Shown: positions 56,017-64,000 of the stretch, piece by piece
How positions within the stretch are numbered: position 1 is the first letter of the stretch
Layout of the letters: every line of letters starts with the position of its first letter
From: Paramecium tetraurelia
Taxonomy: Eukaryota
DNA length: 64,000 nt
Assembly: GCA_000165425.1 (NCBI GenBank)
Contig: CT868678.1
Location: forward strand, 186,001-250,000
Direction of reading: 5' to 3'
Made by a program: the position numbers and the translations under genes
Notes under the pieces: generated by a model
What the model saw: the letters and a program-made list of their open reading frames with translations, nothing else
Databases searched by the model: none
Told to the model about the DNA's origin: nothing

Positions 56017-57032
56017 TCACAATTTTATCAAGCACCCATTTTTGATTATTACTAAGGAAAATTCAAAATCTGTTCTCAAAAATTCACAACAAGAATATTC
56101 TTGAGTCAGAGTCTTTTGTTATTTTTCTTAGATAATCTCGATTTTGGATAGGATCATTTCAACTTCCTATATGTTCCAACGAGGAACTGATTTCGAAATC
56201 AGTCTTATTAAGTCTTTTAGCTTTGTGACCTAAAATATGGGATTATGGATATACCATAATATTTCTAGAGTTACTTGAATTTGTGTTTAAGAGCAAATTC
56301 AGTTCTTCTCTTGTATTTGGTGATCATTGACAATTTTAAAGATATGTCAGCCCACCTTCGTCCATTCTGAAGAAGCAATTGAAGAAAGTGAAACTCCTCA
56401 GATCTAGACCATGGTTCTCTAAGTCGATTAAATATTTATAATTACCTATTAATCTATGGATCGAGTTTGTTGTTCCACCTCTCTCGACATTGTTTGGCAT
56501 TTCTAGGAATCTCAGATTTGCAGAGTAGATTGTATTAATTAGCAATGGAGCTCCATTTTTTCTTGCAGCGACTGGTATTGTCTCTAAATATAGTAAATAA
56601 TAAATACAAAATGATTTACAACAAAGCTTTATCTTCAAAGGAAGACCAGGGTTGTCTGGGAAGTTGTGCTTTATAGAAAGATTAGAATTTAAAGCACAAT
56701 TCAGACAGACTCCTGTACTTTGGCATTAACTTTTGGACCTTCTCCCAGTCGAAGCGATTCTTTAAAAATTTAATCAAATGTTGTACCTTTATGCATCTTG
56801 GATTAAGACTTAAAACAATGAGTTATAAGAAAATCTCTTCATTGTGATTCCAAGCTTCATTGCACCCAATTTTAGATGACTCGTAAAGTTTGATAAAGTC
56901 ATCAAAATTGGGGATAGTTTTGAAATGTAATTTAAGCTTCAAAGATAGATACTCTTGTTCGATGGTTTGGAGATTCTAGTAAACTAAAGCCCAATCGTTA
57001 AGATCAGTAAATGAGCTTTGGGAAGAATTCAT
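56017..57032 (-). CDS. Myb-repeat DNA-binding protein; 3' end uncertain
   Basis: KKWSSIA..RNAKQCRERWNNKLDP..EPWSRSEE..GRRWADIS..RTEFALKHKF. Confidence 0.85.
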
Positions 57033-58067
57033 TTGTTTGATAAGATTAATAATGTATAATCTGAATGCACATTTTATGATTTAAAACCGTGAATTTTAAT
57101 ACAATATGCAGATACAATCAATATTTGATCAGATAATATTAATAGAAAATTAAGAACTTGTATCGGAATTTCCAAATTCAACCTTTACTAACTATTCTCC
57201 TGAATATTTGATATATTAGCCGTTTCTAGAGTTTACATATATATTAAAGTATTCTTATTTCATAAAGTTTTAATAATCATAACTTCGATGCCTTATAAAT
57301 TTAATCTATATAATTATGCTTATATTGATATATCTAATAATTTGACTAGACTTAGTATATCCTTAGATTTAAATTTCATGTTTCAACAACAATTCGGTAG
57401 TATTGGCAAAGAGTATCGATTTCAAAACTATTTTTTTTACCCATATAGTTTGATTATAGCATTTTCTTACTTAAATAAGGAGTGAATAAAAAATTTGGTA
57501 TAATTTAATTCAACTCTATTTTACAAAAAAAAAATGCTATATTATTAAACTACTTTGTTTCTGACACTTTCATTTTTAATTTAACATTTTTCCAGACACT
57601 GGAAGCACGATCAATAGATAATATGACTAATTGATTAATTGTAAATAGATTTTCGAGATCTCTTAATAACGCTTTCAAAAGTTTCGACCTTTATATTGAA
57701 ATCTAATTAAATCACTACACGTTTACCTAATTTTCATATATTTCCATTTTTCTTCTATTCATACCTTTGTTTAGTGGATCAACCTTAAAAAAGATAGACT
57801 TTTCCTTTTTTGAAACTATCGCATAATCTTATTCTACCAATCCACTTAAATTATAGTGTCTAAATTACGATATTAATTCAAAATAGTTTGTTTTTAAATC
57901 AAAATTGTAGTTAATGACTCTACGATTTAAGATTGGGATTGCAATACTTGCATAGGGAATGTCTGAATTTGTTGATTAAATTTCTAATTTGATTGGGATT
58001 CTGAAGATTTTAGATATGAGAATCAGCATCTTTATATAAATATAATTCAATTAATAATAATAAAAAT

Positions 58068-58736
58068 TCATATTCTAGAAATCAATATACCCTTTAACCA
58101 TAATCCATTAAGCTTTTCTCCATTTTTTTTGGTTAGTTATCCCATTCCGTTTCGACAATTGGATTCAAAATTACCGACATACATAGAACCGTCTCTGTAA
58201 TACTCAATGGCAGCTCCATATTTATATCCAAATTAGAATTGTCCAACATATTTGGTGAATTAAGCATTTACGTCATGATTATACAGAATTCCATTGCCAT
58301 GCTATTGATCATTAAACCATTATCCCTCATACACCAAGATGCCTTATGCATTAAACAATTTGCCGAATCCTTCTCTCACTTTTCCATTATAAGAACCTAT
58401 ATATTAGGATTCATCTTTAACATCCTTAACGATAATTTTATCAGAACTTTTAGAGTAGCTTTTACTCAATTCTCGATTGGGCTTAATTAATTTAGTGGAT
58501 TTAATCAATTTATCGTCATGGAAGGGCTTCACCTTTTTGATGGGAGAATCTTCGGCCTTGGAATTCTTTCGAAGAGTGGTAAATGGAGCATAGGTAGTAA
58601 TAATCTACAAGAGACATTGTGATATAAAAATACAGTGCGATAGGGTCCGATGGATTTACCTGATGTTATGTGAAATAGTAATACTTGGAGTAGAGGTAGA
58701 CGGTTTTAGAGGACTTGAAGGGTTGGTCGATTGCAT
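58068..58736 (-). CDS. MORN-repeat protein
   Basis: YIGSYNGKVREGFG, YEGQWFNDQQHGNG, YVGQFQFGYKYG, YVGNFESNCRNGMG. Confidence 0.9.
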
Positions 58737-58770
58737 TTGATTATATATTTATATATTTGTGTTTTAAGTC

Positions 58771-59020
58771 TCAGAAAATCAATTTCTTTGGTGATTGATA
58801 ATCTTGTGGATCAACATAATAGTCTTCTCCCATTTTCTGTGTCTATGAGGCTACGGCTCCTCTGTAAATCAGGAATGAGAGAATTAATGTTGGAATTGCT
58901 ATATGTACTGAATGTCTAAACCATTGTCTATTGTAAAGCCAGGCATCACTCTAGAGACATTCATGAGATCATTAATACCAGCACATAACGAGGAATAGGG
59001 TACTTCTAAAAACCTCCCAT
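58771..59020 (-). CDS. 73-aa single-TM protein; candidate mitochondrial complex I accessory subunit (NUUM-like)
   Basis: MGGFQKYPIPRYVL|SDAWLYNRQWFRHSVHIAIPTLILSFLIYRG...KLIF*, with a 28-nt intron at 58951-58978. Confidence 0.65.
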
Positions 59021-59387
59021 TTTACAATATATAAATTAATAATAATTATTATAGGAATATTTATTTAAAATAGAATACGGTTAGAGCAAAAATACAAAAT
59101 ATTTATAGGTGAATTTTAAAAGTAGAGAATTTTAGTTACTAATTTAAATCAATAAAGATTTGTGTAGGGTAGTAAAAATAAATACAAGAGTGAAATAAAT
59201 GAATTAATTATTAATAAATATTATCAATAAATAATGTTCGAAATAAAAGATTGAAATTATTTTTTGTTATTTTGATATATTTTGCTCTCCTCCTAGAAAA
59301 TGTATTGTGGTAGTGAATTTAACAATCCATTAAATTATTTTTAATACACATTTTGCTTTATTAAATATAAATTATCTTTAAAACCGA

Positions 59388-59720
59388 ATGACTACAAATT
59401 TGGGGCCTAAGTTGAAGTTTGTGATGCCTCTCAAAAAGTCTCTCTCGTTTGAGGATGTTTTCGAGGAGAATTGCGATCTTGAATAGAAATAATGGAATAA
59501 TTCTAAGATGGATCGGAAAGTAAGTTTTGCCGTCTCGACTCTCGTATTTCTCAGATACTCGGAAGAAGAAATACTGCATTTCAGACATAGATTGAAATCG
59601 CAAATTCATAGTAGCATAGAGTTGATTGAGTCTTCATATTTAAATCCCTAGTTGTGTAGTCCTGGTAAATAAAGCAGAAGGAAGTCCTGCTTCAAGGAAA
59701 ACGACGAGCATATCAACTGA
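59388..59720 (+). CDS. 110-aa intronless protein with an RVxF-like motif
   Basis: Uninterrupted ORF MTTNLGPKLKF...DRKVSFA...RRKSCFKENDEHIN*, more GC-rich than its flanks. Confidence 0.7.
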
Positions 59721-59888
59721 TTACTTATTTTATGTACTCTACAACTCTACAAAAAACTTCAGTAGATATTACATTATATTTTCAAAACTTTTATTCATTA
59801 ATTTAATATGTCTCTAAATGAAGTTGAATACTAGAAGCAACATAACATTTATAATATATTGTATTAGTGACATAAAACTTAACTATCA

Positions 59889-62456
59889 TCATATAATTTT
59901 CTGTTTCATCGAATTGAATTGGGTTTCAAACTTATACACTTTCTAAATTACTCGTTTCATCAAGAATCTTTCCCATCCATCCAACCATCTAGATAGTTAT
60001 GAATAATCAGCTTACTTATTCATTTCCTCCTTGCTACCCAGTTGAAGTATCCAGTTCTCCAAAGTCCTGCTCAATTTCTCAATCAAAGGTTGGAATATCA
60101 TTTCAATAAATGGTTCAATTTCATCCATCCACTTGAAAATTTCCTTGATCGGTTGCACATTCTAATTTTGAGGGTTGATTTCTAAATTGTGGATACAGAA
60201 CAGCATCTTAGGTAAAACTGACATGTATAATAGATTTTTCCAATTTTCTCCCAAATGTATAGCCCAAGGTTACAGTACACTAAAACCAAAGTCATCTTTA
60301 TCCGTAAACTTTAATTGTTTTAATTTCTTCTCCACTTCCTCCAGCAATTCCTTACTGTTTAATTTTGAAGTGATCCAAGGTTACAACCATTAATGTAAAG
60401 ATATTTTTGAATTCAGATTCCATTCTTAAATCTTAAGTTTTAGTTTAGACATTACTATACACATAATATCTTTTTATACTTATTAATCCAACAATCTTAT
60501 ACTCTGAAATTGATTGACTCCTGTTTCATCGGTTTCAACTAACGCTAAGTCTTTCATCCATAATCCTAAAAAATCTATTAAATAATTTTCTTAGGTTGGA
60601 TCAAATGCTACAGATAGATAATTTCTTAATCTGATTAGAATCGGAGCAATCAATAATCCAATGAATCTTTTTAGAGTGTTAAGATCAGAGGTTGAAATTG
60701 AATTATTAATAATAAAGACATCCAATTGTTCAGCATATTTGCTCAGATTTTAAGATTTCTTCTTTATATACACATCCTTTGCCAAAGTAATCACATCAGA
60801 GATCAATTAAAATTCATATTCTAAGATATCCAAATTTGTAATAGGTCCTTTCCATTTAGATGTCAAGACCTTAATCTCTTATTCTGCATTCTTGACTAGC
60901 AATCCAATTAAATTGAATTAGATGAATTAATCACTAAATTTCCTAAAACATTCTTCAAACTTTGTAAAAATGTGGAACTTATCATTTGAGATCAAAATGT
61001 CATCATCTTTGAAGAATTTCAAATAATTTAAAAAATCTTCTTTTCTCTTAACTGAATCATTCCATTAGGTAAATTACATCAATTCTTCTTATTTTTCGTG
61101 CTCCAAAATAATCATTTTATCCTTCTCCTTCTTTATACTCTATTCATTATTCTCCCACTTCCCTAAACGCTTTTCTAAAATTGTTTTTACTGACCAAGTT
61201 AGTTCTTGAACTTCTTTCAAGTATTCCCTAACTGCTTTATTACTGTACACTTAAGCATCTTAAGTCTAATTTAAGTAATCATTAATATCACTGCCTGTCA
61301 TATCAATTATCTTATATTTATTACTATTCTAGTTCTCTTTAATTAGATTGCCCATTATGTGATTCCTATCTAAATTCATTACTTCCTCCTTTCTAATGTT
61401 AACAGTAACTTATCCATCCTCTTTATTCTACTTCTTTCTCCATTATTTTTCGTATTTATTCAACTTCTTAGATTAAAAAAAGGGTTTCTACTTATTTTCC
61501 TAAGTCTAATTATTCTCTTGCTCCTCTTCTTCATCTTATTATTGATATTCCTATACTCCCTCCCCTGTGAATGATTGTTTCTTCACAGCAATTACTGGCT
61601 CCAGTATACCCTATTTGTTAGCACCTAAACCTTCTCCATATTTGTATCCTAATTTCTACAGGAACTTCAATCCAACACCATAATCATGTTCTTCCACTCT
61701 TTTTTCTAAAGTCTTTTTTTCTCTTTAACTTAGATTTTTTTTATTTCTACTATCTTTAAATGCAACTTGCTCGACTGTGATCGTTTTCTTGCCCTCTTCT
61801 TCTTTAAAGACTTAGAGTTTCTTCTTTAAAATTCCCTTTGGCTTATGAGAAGGAGTTGAACTGACCACCTGAACAATGGAATCATCACTCTAATCATCTT
61901 GAGCTTCTACTTCTGAATCAGAATCAATCCTATATAATTGCCATGCACGTCTGATGTTACTTGAGAGATGAAGCTTTTCCGCCAAAGTTAAATACTCCTC
62001 CTCATGTTTAACTATAGGATGAACAACATTATTTTCAAGATTAAATTGCACTGATCGCTTCTATTTTATCTTATACTCAGTTTCATTAAGTTTCTCGTTC
62101 TTTGGCATGTTCTTATCAAATATCTTCACAGTCACACCCTTCTCTACGTTTGACAGAAGAGATGCATTCGATTTTTAGAAATTAGCAAATGCTTAATTTC
62201 TTTGGTATTCCTTATATATTCGATGATGCTAATTGTTTGGAGTGTCCTAAACTTACGGTTTTGGAGTTTATTCGAAATCCTCCTAAAAGAGATTTAATCG
62301 AGCTCTCTATGGTTATGATTGAGGAATCTTAAATTTTGGTATTTCTATTTCCATCTCATATTCTTCCTCATGATTTACTTTGGGTTTCTTGAATCCCAAG
62401 CCTGTATGGAATGACAATTCATCATCACTACTAAGATCGTCTAGATCAACTTTCAT
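59889..62456 (-). CDS. TFIP11: TFIP11/Ntr1-like G-patch spliceosome-disassembly factor
   Basis: G-patch GVGLKFLQKLGYKYGEGLGANKQGILEP, followed by a GCFC-like helical region (HQWLQPW, LQPWA, ENWIL). Confidence 0.75.
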
Positions 62457-62496
62457 TGATTTTAATAATTTATATTATGCATATATATTAACTTCA

Positions 62497-62872
62497 TCAA
62501 GAAGCATAATACTCCTTGTTTGGTCTTTCTTCTTGCTCCGTCCTTCTCAAGTATGCCAACTCATAAGAGAAATATGCAAACCAAGAAATGCCCATGACTA
62601 ACCAAAAAATACCGTCCTTTCTATCATAGTTGTGATCTATTTATACTTATAGTTAATTGTCCAAGGTCTGTAGTCCTCTGGATAAGTGAATTATTCAGTA
62701 TAAGCAATTGGTGCTTGTTAACCTGGAGTGAAATTTCTAATACTTAGTTAAGTTTCATATACCTGGGTGGTCTGGACAAGTTGATACTTTTAGTATGGCT
62801 TAATCCAATTTGCTCAAGTTTTGAGAGATTGCTTTATCCGTAACGATAAGCTGCCCTTTGTATAAAATTCAT
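62497..62872 (-). CDS. Small single-TM protein with a mitochondrial-presequence-like N-terminus
   Basis: MNFIQRAAYRYG...YPEDYRPWTINYKKDGIFWLVMGISWFAYFSYELAY...*; two 26-nt introns. Confidence 0.72.
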
Positions 62873-63516
62873 TTTAATATTAATATATATGTATTATTAT
62901 AAATTATATTAAATACTAATCTCTATATTAATTAATCAAAGGACTACTTCCTTCTAGCTTGGAAGGCAGATTCCTAAATAAAGGTCAATCAAAGATATCA
63001 ATAAGAAAGACCTTACTGAACTGATTTTTGCCTAGTTACTCTAATATAAAGGTAGATTCAAATAGAAATTTAATAATGCATACATAAAATTAATATTATT
63101 ATTTATCTATTGAGGAAAAGTGATCAATATGGTTAATAATGAGTCAACTCCTTATAAATAGATTCAAATTATAACTTTCCACGCTTCATTAATTTATTAT
63201 TTTCCTTTTTTGAAAATTATTAGAATTTAATTTATCCTGATAATAAAATGACAAATGGATGAAAATATTATTTATTTTATACTTTGCCAAAAATATTAGA
63301 AATTTTCTATCGTTAAATTGAGATTTCTTTTACTTATTATTTTCGATGATTCTTAATCTATAACCCAATTGGCTAGTTCTGAAAAATCAATTGTTTCCTT
63401 AGAATACTTAAAATAAATTAATTAATTATTTTATTTTCATAATCCCACTTTCCACAATAGAATAAATATAAATTAATTTAAATACTTTAAATTTTGACTT
63501 TATATATATTCTAGGA

Positions 63517-64000
63517 TAAAATTCAATACAACCTGTAGGTCTGGATAAGAGAGATCAAAGAATTATTCTATAACTAAATTATATAGGAACCCTACTAGAA
63601 ACTTACACCCTTTAGCACATGCCAGAGAATATCAAAAAGCTTTTGTTGCTAAGGAAGTTCAAAAAATATATGCTTTCCCATTTGGGAGCATTGAATTGAC
63701 ACTCCAATAGTGTAAGCTGTATTGAAGCATGCAGATTCAACTTATTAAAGCAGGAGTTCTGATGGAGAGAAATAGGAATCTAGGATATTCAAAGTTGAAG
63801 TACATTAGTTCAATTTAAGTGAGGAATGCAGTGTATAAATAAAATAGATGCACATTAATAAATAGCCAATGGAGTTTCATTTAGTTGAAATGAAGTAGCA
63901 ATTTTTCATCAGGCGAAGACAAGACAATAAATATCTTATGAATAAAAAGAAGCAGAAATATGAAGTAAAGGAATCTAAGAGTAGAAAATTACAAAACACA
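63517..64000 (+). pseudogene. Decayed SOF1/DCAF13 pseudogene; runs off the window
   Basis: KLYRNPTRNLHPLAHAREYQKAF..KIYAFPF matches the Sof1 N-terminus (RN.DP.LHPF..REY.RA..FAKPF). No ATG at the expected start, then a frameshift and several TGA stops. Confidence 0.75.

Noticed and set aside
21481..57032. CRC, bZIP and two Myb genes, or the several splicing and endocytic genes, as a functional cluster
   Set aside because: These families are large in Paramecium and the genes are interspersed with unrelated ones. There is no evidence of co-regulation.

Overview
AT-rich, gene-dense ciliate macronuclear DNA, almost certainly Paramecium (aurelia-type, probably P. tetraurelia). TAA/TAG read as Gln, TGA is the only stop, introns are 20-33 nt GT..AG, and intergenic gaps are often under 50 bp. 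The supplied standard-code ORF track is therefore mostly fragments or antisense shadows. Translating by hand with code 6 gives about 38 protein genes, including a CaMK-like kinase, truncated haemoglobin, DnaJ-thioredoxin, profilin, RBMX2, a fused PPi-PFK, an EH-domain protein, Trm10, a CRC/tesmin protein, bZIP, TMEM43, an ANTH protein, a CNBD channel-like protein, two Myb proteins, DHHC, ABCA, G-patch proteins including TFIP11, and a MORN protein. There is also one tRNA-Arg(CCG), one C/D-box snoRNA and a decayed SOF1/DCAF13 pseudogene. The most unusual observations are: a ZPR1 zinc-finger module fused in frame to two hnRNP-F/H-type qRRMs; a 4-nt ATGA stop/start overlap between tandem genes; divergent ATGs 10 bp apart; a snR190/SNORD12-like snoRNA; a channel-like protein with a degenerate selectivity filter; and a cluster of single-base frameshifts in the DHHC and ABCA genes. 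All family calls come from motif recognition; no database was searched. Some gene ends are approximate.
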